NCBI RefSeq assembly: GCF_902713615.1
Contig: NC_052176.1
Span: 1,550,001-1,614,000, forward strand
Origin: Scyliorhinus canicula
Taxonomy: Eukaryota
Direction: 5' to 3'
Length of the DNA: 64,000 nt
Notes under the pieces: model-generated
The model's input: the letters and a program-made list of their open reading frames with translations, nothing else
What the model was told of the DNA's origin: nothing
Databases searched by the model: none
Shown here: one piece after another, positions 1 through 12,414 of the stretch
Position numbering within the stretch: position 1 is the stretch's first letter
How the letters are laid out: each line of letters opens with the position of its first letter
Program-made: the position numbers and the translations under genes

Positions 1-32
1 ACATTGAAAATATAATTCACTGCAAATCTCAC

Positions 33-159
33 CTGCTTGGTTAGTTAAATAGGTCGTACTCGTAGGGTCAAGTTCTGCAGCCTGGCCATAATGCTTCAAT
101 GCTGCTTCAAAGTCCTTCTGCTTGTAAGCATTATTGCCCAACTCTTTCTCTTGCAATGC
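33..159 (-). CDS. STIP1: STIP1 exon 6 (127 nt, start of TPR2A); gene continues beyond the window
   Basis: Hand translation (not in the ORF track): cag|[43 protein letters not shown]|GTGAGA. Confidence 0.95.
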
Positions 160-665
160 CTGCAACACAACGATACAGGATTAGGATAACGATGGGAATA
201 AGAGCTGGGTAAATTAATCAAGATCATTGCGAAGAGGGCCAAGGGAGTTAGTGAAGCCAAAACCAAGACAGAGCTTTTCTTTAGAATTATCTTTATTAGT
301 GTCACAAGTCGGCTTACATTAACACTGCAATGAAGTTACTGTGAAAAGCCCCGAGTCGCCACATTCCGGCGCCTGTTCGGGTACACGGAGAGAGAATTTA
401 GAATGTCCAATTCACCCAACAAGCCCGTCTTTCGGGACTTGTGGGAGGAAACCGGAGCGCCCGGAGGAAACCCACGCAGACATGGGAGGAGAACGTGCAG
501 ACTCCGCACAGACAGTGCCCCAAGCCGGGAATCGAACCTGGGACCCTGGCGCGGAGAAGCAACAGTGGCAACCACTGTGCCACCCCTTCATTGAGAGTTT
601 CCTGAATTGTTTAGTCTCCCAGCTCTCCTTCCACACAGTCCAGTGTCCCAGCCATCCCCTTATTA

Positions 666-998
666 GGGGGAGGCAGTGGCATCGTCACCGGATGAGTAAA
701 CCAAAGACCCAGAGCAAGATCTGGGGACCTGGGTTCAAATCCCACCACGGCAGACGGTGGAGATTTGAATTCAATAAAAATCTGGAATTTAAAAGTCGAA
801 GGATGACCGTGACAGCTTTGTTGATTTGTAGTAAAAATCCAGGAAATCTGCCGCCCTTACCCACCTGCCCTAAATGTGACTCCAGGTCCACCGCAATGTG
901 GCTGACTCTCAAGAATGCCCCGAAATGCAGGGCAGTTAAGGATGGGCAACTACTGCTGGCCCTGCCAGCGACACACGTCTCTTAAACCAAAAAAAAAT
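666..998 (+). mobile_element. SacSINE1/DeuSINE-like tRNA-derived SINE
   Basis: B-box gggttcaaatccc; gtgactcca...atgtggctgactct block; ggatgggcaa...gccagcgac tail and poly-A. Confidence 0.6.
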
Positions 999-1289
999 GT
1001 CTAATTATGTCGACAGTGACTTTTCCCATTGTGGAATGGACCGTCACGCTCCTGTGTGACAGACACTAACCATCAACGAAGGAGCTGCCTGGATAATAGG
1101 ATCTTTGACCAACATCCAACCAGATAGACAAGACTTCAGCTGAATACCTCACTGTCACGACGAGAGCGTGGTCAATTCCAGCCCAACTTTACCCGAGGTC
1201 AGAACACAGGTTAAATTAAAAATACTTAAATATCCAATATCTTTGGTTTGATCCCGATTAAGTCCAGCCATTCGGTTTGTGAATTTTAA

Positions 1290-2135
1290 CCCAAAGAACA
1301 ATGCAGCACAGGAACAGGCCCTTCGGCCCTCCAAGCCTACCCCGATCACGTGTCCTATCTAGATCAACCGCCTGGATCCTTCTATACCCCGTCTGTTCAT
1401 GTGCCTATCTTAAAGGTCACTAACGTATCTGTCTCAACCACCTCACTTGGCAGTGCATTCCAGGCCACCACCACCCTCTGTGTAAAAAAACTTCCCCCGC
1501 ACATCTCTACTGAACCTTTCCCACCCTCACCTTGAACTTGTGCCCCCTTGTAATTGTCAATTCCACCCTGGGAAAAAGCCTCCAACTGTTCACCCTATCT
1601 ATGCCCCTAATAATTTTATAAACGTCTATCAGGTCGCCCCCTCAGCCTCCGTCTCCCTAGTGAGAACAATCTCAGTATATTCAATCTCTCCTCATAGCTA
1701 ATACCCTCCACACCAGGCAACATCCTGGTAAACCTTTCCCGTACTGTCTCCACACCCTTCTGTGAGTGCGGTGACCAGAATTGGACGCAGTATTCCAAAT
1801 GTGGCCTAATCAACGTTCTATACAACTGGAACATAATTTGAGCTTTTATACTCGATACCCCCTCCTACGAAGGCAAGCAGGCCATATGCTTTCTTTACCA
1901 CCATTTCCACCTGTGCTGCCACTTCTAAGCATCTGTGGACCTGCACGCCCAGCTCTCTCTGTGTCTCTAGGCTCCTGATGGTTCTGCCATTTATTTTATA
2001 GCTCCCACCTGAATTGGATCTACCAAAATACATCGCCTCGCATTTGTCCGGGTTAAATTCCATCTGCCATTTCTCTGCCCAATTTTGCAGCCTATCTATA
2101 GCCTGTCGCATTCTCTGACAACCTTCGTCACTCTC
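1290..2135 (-). mobile_element. CR1-clade LINE 3' fragment
   Basis: WQMEFNPDKC, RPHLEYCVQFWSP and FFTQRVVVAWNALP motifs. Confidence 0.9.
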
Positions 2136-2805
2136 CGTGACAACCTTCGTCACTCTCCGTGACAACCTTCGTCACTCTCCGTGACAACCTTCGTCACTCT
2201 CCGTGACAACCTTCGTCACTCTCCGTGACAACCTTCGTCACTCTCCGTGACAATCTTCGTCACTCTCCGTGACAATCTTCGTCACTAACCTTTTATTATT
2301 CCATCTGCCATTTCTCTGCCCAATTTTGCAGCCTATCTATAGCCTGTCGCATTCTCTGACAATCTTCGTCACTCTCCGTGACAACCTTCGTCACTCTCCG
2401 TGACAACCTTCGTCACTCTCCGTGACAACCTTCGTCACTCTCCGTGACAACCTTAGTCACTCTCCGTGACAATCTTCGTCACTCTCCGTGACAATCTTCG
2501 TCACTAACCTTTTATTATTCCATCTGCCATTTCTCTGCCCAATTTTGCAGCCTATCTATAGCCTGTCGCATTCTCTGACAATCTTCGTCACTCTCCGTGA
2601 CAATCTTCGTCACTCTCCGTGACAATCTTCGTCACTCTCCGTGACAATCTTCGTCACTCTCCGTGACAATCTTCGTCACTCTCCGTGACAATCTTCGTCA
2701 CTCTCCGTGACAATCTTCGTCACTCTCCGTGACAATCTTCGTCACTCTCCGTGACAATCTTCGTCACTCTCCGTGACAATCTTCGTCACTAACCTTTTAT
2801 TATTC
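2059..2805. repeat. 22-bp minisatellite (gacaa[c/t]cttcgtcactctccgt)n organised in 3 higher-order blocks
   Basis: Direct reading; each block restarts with the same 60-bp CR1 segment near 2059, 2300 and 2519. Confidence 0.95.
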
Positions 2806-3584
2806 AACAATTAGTACTGAATAGGCAACAATACAACTAGTTAACTGCTATCTAATTCGCAATCTCCCCCTTCTAAGTCACCCCATAAATACATATTCAG
2901 ATTGATAGCTTCCATTTAGATCCTTTCTCCAGTGGAGGCCTTCAGCTGGAGGTTATCTTGTCCATCAGCCTTTAACGGTCTTCATTGCAGACTGAGAGAG
3001 AGCAGGCAGCCAGCAGCAGGGGGACGACGACAGCGTTTTAATTTGAGGGTCTCGGGTTCTCTCCAAAAAAAAAAAAACACCACCTGGCAGGAACCAATTG
3101 CTGTCTATTGCCAGGCAGAACTTTGTCCCTGACCAACCCATCGACCCGAATCCCTCCAAACTACTGGGCGCTAGAAAGTCTGGGGTTTCCTTACCCAGAT
3201 ACACACAGTGTTCCAGTTGTCAAGCTATTTGAAACCTTCAATCCTCTTGACTTCAAGGTATATCTCAACTAACTATTCCCGGACGAAACAGAACAGCAAA
3301 GTGAAAGAAATGGGAAGAAAGGGAAGTCAAAAGGAAGGACTTGAACATCATCCGCCCAACCCTCAATATGCTTCTGGAGAGTCAGCCACTAGTTTTGTGC
3401 GAGTTCTATGGCAGCACCTGAACCTAAAGCCCTGCAGCGAAGAAGCACGTGAACTACCTGGGTCACAGGAAGCAGCTCATCACCGTTTACCTGTGCTCAA
3501 AATACTTCCGTCTCGCCCAACAATGTAATTCACACCCCATTATCGACATGGGGCTCCAAGGTGCCCTTTTCGTTCATACTGTAC

Positions 3585-3753
3585 CTTTCTTTTATTTTCG
3601 GGGAGGTCCTCCTCCATTGGCTCCACTTTCGATTCCTTCTTCGGCTTAGGTGGAGGGGGGGCTGGACTATCCTCTTCATCATCCTCTGCTCCTTGTAAAT
3701 CAATTCCAAGCAAAACACTTAGAGTCGTCATAACTCTTGGATCTTGTAGTCTC
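3585..3753 (-). CDS. STIP1: STIP1 exon 5 (169 nt)
   Basis: cag|G; [56 protein letters not shown]; AAG|GTACAG. Confidence 0.96.
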
Positions 3754-4699
3754 CTGGGAAAGCAGAAGTCACCAGCCACTTACTCTACATTCAACAGCAC
3801 GTTCCCGATTGGACGAGATCGCTGGTTTACCTGCGTAAACTTTATGGTGCTTCCAGAAAGTCTGAAACGTGTCAGACAGTCCAGTCACAGATTTAAAATA
3901 ATGCACCCAATTATCTGGAAGATTGGTTCAAAGTAACAATCATAATCTTTACTAGTGTCGCGTGTAGGCTTACATTAACACTGCAATGAAGTTACTGTGG
4001 AAATCCCCTCGTCGCCGCATTCCAGCGCCTGTTCGGGTACACAGAGGGAGAATTCAGAATGTCCAAATTATCGAACAGCACGTCTTTCAGGCCTTGTGGG
4101 AGGAAACCGGAGCACCAGGAGGAAACCCACGCAGACACGGGGAGGACGTAGACTCCGCACAGACACAGCGGGGAATCGAACCTGGGACCCTGGCGCTGTG
4201 AAACCACGGTGCTATCCACTTGTGCTACTGACATGGATGGTGTATGGGCTAAAGCAAGGTCGCCTGGGTCCCAGATGACCACAGGCTGCTTTCCCCATCG
4301 AGAGCGAACTGATGGCGATTTAACCCCGAGGGTCACCACATCTCAGCCGGTACGGGAATTGAACCCGCGCTGCTGGCCCTCGCTCTGCATCACAACCAGC
4401 CGCCTAGCCCATTGAGCTGAAACGGCTCCCTAACACAAAGTCTCCATAATCCCAGGGGGCCACCGGCCGCTTTAGGGAAGCAAATTGCGAATGAATGATG
4501 CCTCACCCCAGTGCGTGTGAACTATGGGCGCAGGACTGAAACCTAATGGTTTGTCGGGCAACATCAATTCCTTACGTTTTCACGTGGAAGCACTACCGGA
4601 GCAAAGCTAACACGAGGAATCGTACTGCCAAAAGCACCTTCCGGAAGAGGGCCAACAGAAATTAAAACTGTCCAGGTGGGATTAATCAACGGGCAGGTA

Positions 4700-5560
4700 G
4701 TATTGAGGAAGCAGGCAGCTGCAGAAGGATTTGGACAGGCTCGGAGAGTGGGCAAAGAAGTGGCAGGTGGAATACAATGTGCGAAAAGTGTGAGGTTATG
4801 CACTTTGGAAGGATTAATGGAGGCATAGACTATTTTCAAAATGGGGAAATGCCTCGGTATCAGAAGCACAAAGGGACTTGGGAGTCCTTGTTCACGATTC
4901 TCTTAAGGCTAACGTGCAGGTTCAGTCGGCAGTTAGGAAGGCAAATGCAATGTTAGCATTCATGTCAAGAGGGCTAGAATACACAGGCAGGGAAGTACTT
5001 CTGAGGCTGTATAAGGCTCTGGTCAGACCCCATTTGGAGTATTGTGAGCAGTTTTGGGCCCTGTCTCTAAGGAAGAATGTGCTGGGGCCTTGGATAGGGT
5101 CCAGAGGAGTTTCACAAGAATGATCCCCGGAATGAAGGGCTTGTCGTATGAGGAACGGTTGAGGACTCTGGGTCTGTACTCATTGGAGTTCAAAGGATGA
5201 GGTGGGGGTCTTATTGAGGCCTGGATAGTGTGGAATGGAGAGGATTTTTCCACTTGTAGGAAAAACTAGAAATAGAGGACAGAATCTCAGACTGAAGGGA
5301 CGATCCTTTAAAACAGAGATGAGGAGGAATTCCTTCAGCCAGAGGGTGGTGAATCTGTGGAACTCTTTGCCGCAGAAGGCTGTGGAGGCCAAATCACGGA
5401 GTGTCTTTAAGAGAGAGATAGATAGGTTCTTGATCAATGAGGGGATCAGGGGTTATGGGGAGAAGGCAGGAGAATGGGGATGAGAAAATATCAGCCATGA
5501 TTGAATAGCGGAGCAGACTCGATGGGCCGAGTGGCCTAATTCTGCTCCTATGTCTTATGG
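4700..5560 (+). mobile_element. CR1-clade LINE 3' fragment
   Basis: RPHLEYCEQFW and FSQRVVNLWNSLP motifs; 3' tail. Confidence 0.9.
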
Positions 5561-5755
5561 CACCAGCTGGGATCAGTTCATTCAACATCCACTGCCCTGG
5601 AGCTGGAACCAGGTTTTCAGTGTGTCTAGGAGAGCAGTAAAAGAACAAAATGTGATATCAGCCAGCAACCCAGATGACTTCAAGGTCAATCTTGTTCCCA
5701 ACTAAACATTCCCCCAAACGGCAAAGGAAAGCTGTAAAGAAGGGATTGTACGCAC

Positions 5756-5897
5756 GTGGCTAAGTCGGCAGGTTTGTTTTTCAACTGTTCGATCATTTCT
5801 CTGTAGCTGGGGTCGCTCAGCAGGGACTTTGTCCTGGGGTCTTTCTCCAGCTTCTGGTACAGGCCGGGGGAAGCGAAGGGGTTCATGAACTTCTTTT
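5756..5897 (-). CDS. STIP1: STIP1 exon 4 (142 nt, DP1/STI1 region)
   Basis: cag|AA; (E)[46 protein letters not shown](T); AC|GTGCGT. Phases fit exons 3 and 5. Confidence 0.96.
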
Positions 5898-6034
5898 CTG
5901 CAAAAGGAAACGAAACCAGGCAATTGTAGTGCCCAACACCAGGAATCATTCTGCATTTTATTCTCCGGGGAAACCCCACTCGGCGAGCGCGCAGCACAGG
6001 GAGGCTCTCGAACTGCAGTTCGCTGTGTTCCAAA

Positions 6035-6586
6035 CAGAATCACAGTTGTTACAGCTCAGGAGGCCATGTGGCCCATCGTGTCTGTACCGGCTCTCCCAAT
6101 GAACATTCTGACTTGCTGCCAATAGCCTGCCCCTTTCCCCCATACGCCGCACATGAGCATCCCAAAGCCTTCTTGGACGCCTCGATTGAACCTGCCTCCA
6201 CCACACCAGTCTGCAGCGCCATGCCAGACCCCAAACCACTTGTGCGAAAAAGTTCTCACATCGCATTTGCTTCTTTTGCAAGTCACTTTAAATCTGTGCC
6301 CCTCTTGCCCTTGATCTTATAACAAGCGATAACAGTGACCCCCCCCCCCCCGTCTACTCTGTCTGACCCCTCACGATTTTGACCATCTCTATCAAATTTC
6401 CTCTTAGTCGCCTTCTCTTCAAGGAGACCAGTCCCAACCTCTCCGATCTACCCGGATAACTGAAGTTTTTCATCCCTGGGATTATTCTCGTGAACCTCTG
6501 CTGCGCCCTCTCCAATGCATTCACATCCTTCCTATAGTGTGGCGCCCAGAACTGCCCAGCTGGAGTCTAACTAGCGTCTTGTGTGC
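6035..6586 (-). mobile_element. Degenerate CR1 fragment, interrupted by a solo LTR (resumes near 7179)
   Basis: CR1 3' tail and degenerate ORF2 end. Confidence 0.7.
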
Positions 6587-7178
6587 TGCCACGGGCGTGT
6601 CCCTTTAAGAAATGGTTTGGTCTTATCACATGGATTCAGTGATGTCATTGTGTGGGCGGAGCTGGGCTGTGGCTCTGCGGGTTTGACTTTCGCTTTGAGT
6701 TTGGACTGGGTTTGAACTGCACAGGTTGAAAGAAATGTCTCTCCATCTTCATTTTAAAAGCTGTTTCCAGACAGCGTGATAACTTGAACAGAGGATCAAT
6801 AACAAGTCATATACCAGTGAGAATGCCGTGCGCTGGTCCACACCTTTGCAAAGGGGTTTCTGGTTTTACTTGGATTTTGTTATTGAATTGGAACAGTTAA
6901 AAGGGAATTCATTAAGGGTTATATACATAGATTACTGTAGCTGTGTGGGGTCTTTATGTTTGTAGTTGATAAAAATTCTTGCATACGTGTGTGTTTATAC
7001 AAATGTTAACTAAATTCTTAGAATAAAGCCGGTTTTTGATTAAAAACGCCTAAGAACTTGTTGAATAACACCCGAAAGGCAGGCTCTTATGCTCACCGTA
7101 ACCAAAATCAACAAACAGTTGTCGGCCAGGTGAACTCCATCATATAGTTTGGAGTTTTCTAAACCCTGACCCATAACA
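6587..7178 (+). mobile_element. Solo LTR related to the 55235 family
   Basis: tgcc...ccctttaagaaatgg start; AATAAA near 7022; ends aaaccctgacccataaca; interrupts a CR1 copy. Confidence 0.7.
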
Positions 7179-7360
7179 ATATGTTCAGCATAACCGACTT
7201 GCTCTTGTACTCTATCCCACCTCGTCCTCCAATCAGTCTCCTGGCCCCACCCACTTCAAATCCCCTAATGAAATGCTAGCCACGTGATTTGTTCCGAGGC
7301 ACTCGAGGGAAACTTTCTTTACAAGAAAGGAAGATACAGCATCGCCTTTCCTCCCTCTCA

Positions 7361-7500
7361 ACAGGCGGACCGTAGCCCCAGACAGGCGGACCGTAGCCCC
7401 AGACAGGCAGACCGTAGCCCCAGACAGGCGGACCGTAGCCCCAGACAGGCGGACCGTAGCCCCAGACAGGCGGACCGTAGCCCCAGACAGGCGGACCGTA
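7361..7500. repeat. 21-bp tandem repeat (acaggcggaccgtagccccag), about 6.5 copies
   Basis: Direct reading. Confidence 0.95.
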
Positions 7501-7574
7501 CCTCCAAAGCAAGAATGACATTTGAGAGACTGCCCGTGCGAATCTCTCTTGGCCCACGCACGGATACTCCATTT

Positions 7575-8231
7575 TGGTGACAGCTAGGTTTCCTACAATA
7601 TCGTACTCCAATGAAAGACAAATTGCCAACGTGTGAAGGGCCAGGGCTCAGAAACTCCAAAGTGCATTATGGAGTCCACTGACCTACAACCTTTTATGTA
7701 GAATTTGGCTACGATGAACACCAGTGCCTTCACTGCAGGTGTGATTCATCAGACTTCCTTGGCGCTTTAATCAAAACAAGGTTATACACAGCAAGAATTT
7801 TTATCAATTACAAACATAAAGACCCCACATAGCTACAGTAATCTATGTATATAACACTTAATGAATTCCCCCTTAGCTGTTCCAATTCAATAACAAAACT
7901 CAAGAAACCAAAACCCCTTTCAAGGGCGTGGCCCAGCACACTGTAATCTCACTTCAATGAGACTGGTTCTTTCCCCGAGATTCTAATCCAGTTCCAAACA
8001 GCAGATTCAAAACTCCTTCCGGAAAACACCTCTTATCTTTAAAGTTATAGCCACAGCCCAATGTGCCTTTTACTGGAACAGTAAAAATGAAAAACAGGGA
8101 AAGCACTTCTTTCTCCTTCTGCAGTCGAAAGCCATCAAACTGAACCCCCTCACATCAGACAGCCACAGCCCAATGTGCTACAAGGCACATGATCAGAGGC
8201 GAGACCTTTCTTAAAGGGACACTCACATTCA
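7575..8231 (-). mobile_element. Degenerate solo-LTR-like element
   Basis: Ends ttcttaaagggacactcacattca, like the other LTRs; shares internal blocks with them. Confidence 0.5.
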
Positions 8232-8261
8232 AACGTCGCCCGCCGTTAGTTAGCAGCTTAC

Positions 8262-8403
8262 CTGCTAGCCTGGCATCCACGTTTTGCATTCCATCTTTCA
8301 GCTGCTGGTTGCCTGGCTCATGCTTCAGACCCTCCTCGTAGGTTTTCTTCGCCTCTTCGAAGCGATTGAGGAACTCCAAGGCTGCAGCCTTCCTCGAGTA
8401 ACC
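8262..8403 (-). CDS. STIP1: STIP1 exon 3 (142 nt)
   Basis: tag|GGT; [47 protein letters not shown]; G|GTAAGC. Confidence 0.96.
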
Positions 8404-8574
8404 CTAAATGCGGCAAAATCATTGGAACAAATAGTTTCAGGCGGTGCCGTTATGACAGACGGCCGGGACACCAGAAAAACGTCCCGAGCGTCTTCCGAAA
8501 CTAAAAGTGTCACAATCTTTATCCACCCATCGGAACGAGCGGCTGGGGGGGGGGGGGGGGGGGGGCCGGGAGAC

Positions 8575-9975
8575 AATATCCGATTCGGAACATTACAGCT
8601 CCAACAATGATCCTTGGGTAACCTCGGCCGATATTATAGCGGAGTCTCATAACCAGAGGTCATTAATGGAGGGGATGTCGGTGCTGGTGAGGGCGAGGGA
8701 TTTGTACCTGAAAGAGAGATTCACAGGTCTGGAAAAGCTGCGGGAGAGGGTGGAGCTGCCGAAGGGAAGCAAATTCAGATATCTACAAGTGAGGGTCTTT
8801 GCGCGGAAGGAATGGAGAGGATTTCCCAAGCGGCCGGAGCACATCCTGCTGGAGCGATCACTGCTCCTGGATGTGGAGGGCAGGATTGGTGATATATATG
8901 GTTAGCTGGGGAAGCAAAGGTGGTGGGGATCAAGAATGGGGCGGGGGGGGGGGAGAAAGAGAAAAGAGCGATAGGGTGTGGAGTGAGGAGATGCCTAGTG
9001 TAAATTCAACCTCATCATAGATTTTACAGTGAAGAAGGAGGCCATTTGGCCCATCAAGTCTGCACCGGCCCTTGGAAAGAGCTCCCTACCTAAGCCCCAC
9101 ACCCCCATCCTATCCTCGTAACCCGGTAACCACACCCAACCTTTTTTGGACGCTAAGGGAAATTTAGCACATCTTTGGACTGTGGTAGGAAGGCGGAGCA
9201 CACGGAGGAAACCCACGCAGACACAGGGAGAACTTGCAGACTCCGCACAGGCAGCGACCCAAACCAGGAATCGAACCTGGGACCCTGGCGCTGTGAAGCC
9301 ATCGTGCTAACCACTGCGCTACCGTGCACGAGGATGAGCTGGATTCAATTTAAGGTGGTGCACGGGGTGCGAGGACCAGCGAATCATGTGCAGGTGCTCT
9401 CGGGCTGCGAGACGTTGGAAAGATACTGGTAGGCGGTATTGGGGACGCTATTGAAGATTGAGGGGGTAGAGGTTGGGCCGGGCCCCATGGTGGCGATCTT
9501 TGGAGTATCGGAAATGCTGGAGCTGATGGAGGGGAGGTGGGCCGATGTTGTGGCCTTCGCCTTTCCCATTGCCTGGCAAAGAATACTGTTGGATTGGCGG
9601 TCGGTGACGCCGCCGGGGGGTGGCAGCCTGGCTGGGTCGGTGACGCCGCCGGGGGGTGGCAGCCTGGCTGGGTCGGTGACGCCGCCGGGGGTTGGCCGCC
9701 TGGCTGGGTCGGTGACGCCGCCGGGGGCAGTTGCCTGGCTGGGTCGGTGACGCCGCCGGGGGTGGAGGCCTGGCCGGGTCGGTGACGCCGCCGGGGGTGG
9801 AGGCCTGGCTGGGTCGGTGACGCCGCCGGGGGTGGCAGCCTGGCTGGGGGATCTGGATGACATCCTTTGGCTGGAAGAGATCAAGTTCGAGTTGAAGGGA
9901 TCAGCAGAGGGCCTTGCGACACGGTGGGGACTGTTCATGACAATGTTTGAGGACTTGTTTGTCGCGGAGTGGAGT

Positions 9976-10012
<37 letters not shown>

Positions 10013-10142
10013 AAGAGGAGGGAGGGTAGAGGGTGAAAAGGTGGAAATCTGCACAAATTGCGAACTGTGGGATGTTGATAATGTTATGGATTTGTGTTTT
10101 TCTACTTTTGAATTTGTTTGGAATAAAATACGTTGAAAAAAA
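8575..10142 (+). mobile_element. Degenerate L1-clade LINE 3' part, interrupted by a SINE and a minisatellite
   Basis: FRYLQVR, IQFKVVH and VAIFGVSE...ILLDWRS motifs resemble the 52137-53249 ORF; A-rich tail near 10120-10142. Confidence 0.75.
9595..9850. repeat. 35-36-bp tandem repeat, about 7 copies, inside L1 ORF2
   Basis: Unit gggtcggtgacgccgccgggggtggcagcctggct. Confidence 0.9.
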
Positions 10143-10219
10143 GCTCGAGGCCACCAGTATAAGGTACTCAGTAATCAACTCAATGAGGAATTCAGGAGAA
10201 TCTTTCCTCCACTCTCCCC

Positions 10220-10790
10220 CGGGGACTGGGAAGAATGTGGAACCCGCTCCCACAGGGAGTAGGGGAAGAATGTGGGACTCGCTTCCACGGGGAGTGGGGC
10301 AGAATGTGGGACTCGCTTCCACGGGGAGTGGGGAGAATGTGGGACTGGCTACCACAGGGAGTGGGGCAGAATGTGGGATTCGCTCCCACGGGGAGTGGGG
10401 GAGAATGTGGGATTCGCTCCCACGGGGAGTGGGGAGAATGTGGTACTTGCTCCCACGGGGAGTGGGGAGAATGTGGGACTCGCCCCCACGGGGACTGGGG
10501 AGAATGTGGGATTCGCTCCCACAGGGAGTGGGGAGAATGTGGGACTCGCTCCCACAGGGAGTGGGGGAGAATGTGGGACTCGCTGCCACGGAGAGTGGGG
10601 AGAATGTGGGACTCGCTCCCACGGGGAGTGGGGAGAATGTGAGACTCGCCCCCACGGGGACTGGGGAGAATGTGGGATTCGCTCCCATGGGGAGTGGGGA
10701 GAATGTGGTACTTGCTCCCACAGGGAGTGGGGAGAATGTGGGACTCGCTCCCATGGGGAGTGGAGGAGAATGTGGGACTCGCTCTGCCGG
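10220..10790. repeat. 33-34-bp minisatellite, about 17 copies
   Basis: Unit ggggagaatgtgggactcgctcccacggggagt, with an internal hairpin gtggga/tcccac. Confidence 0.95.
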
Positions 10791-11555
10791 GGAGCGGAGG
10801 AGAAGATGGAGTTTGGTCTCGCGAGGCGTGGAGGAGATGAATTGTGTCGGTACATTTCAAGGGATTCTGGATAAGCATTTACGGGAACGAAGAATAGAGT
10901 GTTGTGGGGGGGGGGGGGGGGGGGGGGGGGTCTGATGACAGATTTAGACGAGGAATGACTGGAGGAGGCTGGTGAGCAGCACAAATACCAGCACGGACAG
11001 GATGGGCCGAGTGGCTGGCTTCTGTAACATGCCTCTTATGCAATTCAATCCGCCAAGATGGAGCTTGAACCCAGACTCGGGAATGTTAACGTTGTTCAGT
11101 TAGCGGAGCACCCCCATTCAAGTTAGAAAAAGTGTGGGTTCGAGTCTCCACTCCGACCAGAGGTCGTAACCTGTAGGTTAATCCACCAGTACAGCTCTCG
11201 GTCTTAAGCCCCGGGCGAGGAGGAGTGGGTTCTTCCAGGGAGGTGGCAGACGAGTGTGGGCGAGGACCAGCAAATCACATTCTGGGGTCCCAACTTCCTC
11301 CCACTGACTTCTCTGCCTACCTCGGCGGGGCCAGGAAAACGTCAAAGAGGCCTGTGGCATCGTTTATTGTATATAAAAGGAGCAGGGAGTTTTCGCGTCA
11401 AATTGGCAATCCTCCCTCAACTAACTGCCGGCATTAAAGACCCATTAGCTTGAGTTGATACAGCACCTTGCCACATCTCGAACAGATTAATCAGAGCACG
11501 TACTGACTGATACAGTGACGTTGTACAGATTGATTGCTACCCCCCCTCGACCTAC

Positions 11556-11766
11556 CTTGCCCCAAGTCTGGTTTAATTTCAACAGTTTGCAAGCCGTCCT
11601 CGAAGGCTTTCTGATATTCCCCATTTTTGGCATACGCAGCAGACCTGTTGCTGTAGAGTACATGGTTCTTGGGGTCCAGCTTAATGGCTTCGCTGTAACA
11701 CATGATGGCATCGTCAATCTTCCCAGCACTCAGGGCCTGGTTACCCTTCTCTTTAAGTTCAGTCAC
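11556..11766 (-). CDS. STIP1: STIP1 exon 2 (TPR1); 211 nt as assembled, one extra base near the 3' end
   Basis: cag|GTG start; [58 protein letters not shown]...; donor AAG|GTAGGT. Confidence 0.95.
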
Positions 11767-12414
11767 CTGCCAGAGAGAGAAAAAAAAAACAAGTCACCAC
11801 TCTGGGAAGATCCTCATCTCAACTTGTGCAGTCGCACAAATCTGTTACTGTTCAATTGTAGCGATCAACCCCCTGATAATAATCGCTTATTGTCACAAGT
11901 AGGCTTCAATGAAGTTACTGTGAAAAGCCCCTAGTCGCCACATTCTGGCGCCTGCTCGGGGAGGTCGGTACGGGAATTGAACTTGCGCTGCTGGCCTTGT
12001 TCTGCATTACAAGCCAGCTGTTTAGCCCACTGTGCTAACCAGGCCCCAGACCTAGCTGCTGACAGCTCTGGGTCAGAATCTACGCAGAGCTGTTGGAACG
12101 TTTTTGTATTCCCGACTCCTCAGCCACAGCAAACCATTTTGGAAAGTGCAAGCGCAGCTTCCTAAAAGCTAGTTCTGGGGGCCCCCTGCCGTCTTATATC
12201 CGTGACCTGCAGCTGAACGGCAGCAAGCAAAATGCAGCCAGACCCATATTCCAAACTATGCTGCAGCAACTCCTCTGTACGTACGCCACCCCCCCCCCCA
12301 CAAACACCACCGAGGAGTCAGCCAGCAAACGTCAATGCAAACATTTCCCGCGAAATGAAGGTAGAAATGTATTACAGGTTAATCGGTCTCGTGCGGGTTA
12401 AAAACCTGGGTTAG

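Noticed and set aside
2115-2790. CRISPR-like periodic repeats (also 7361-7500 and 10220-10790)
   Set aside because: Head-to-tail units with no unique spacers, no cas genes, and eukaryotic context.
5680-5688. Perfect ERR site TCAAGGTCA in STIP1 intron 4
   Set aside because: Isolated 9-mer with no supporting context.
9384-10984. ORFs of 200-456 aa with periodic sequence
   Set aside because: Translations of LINE-derived minisatellites.
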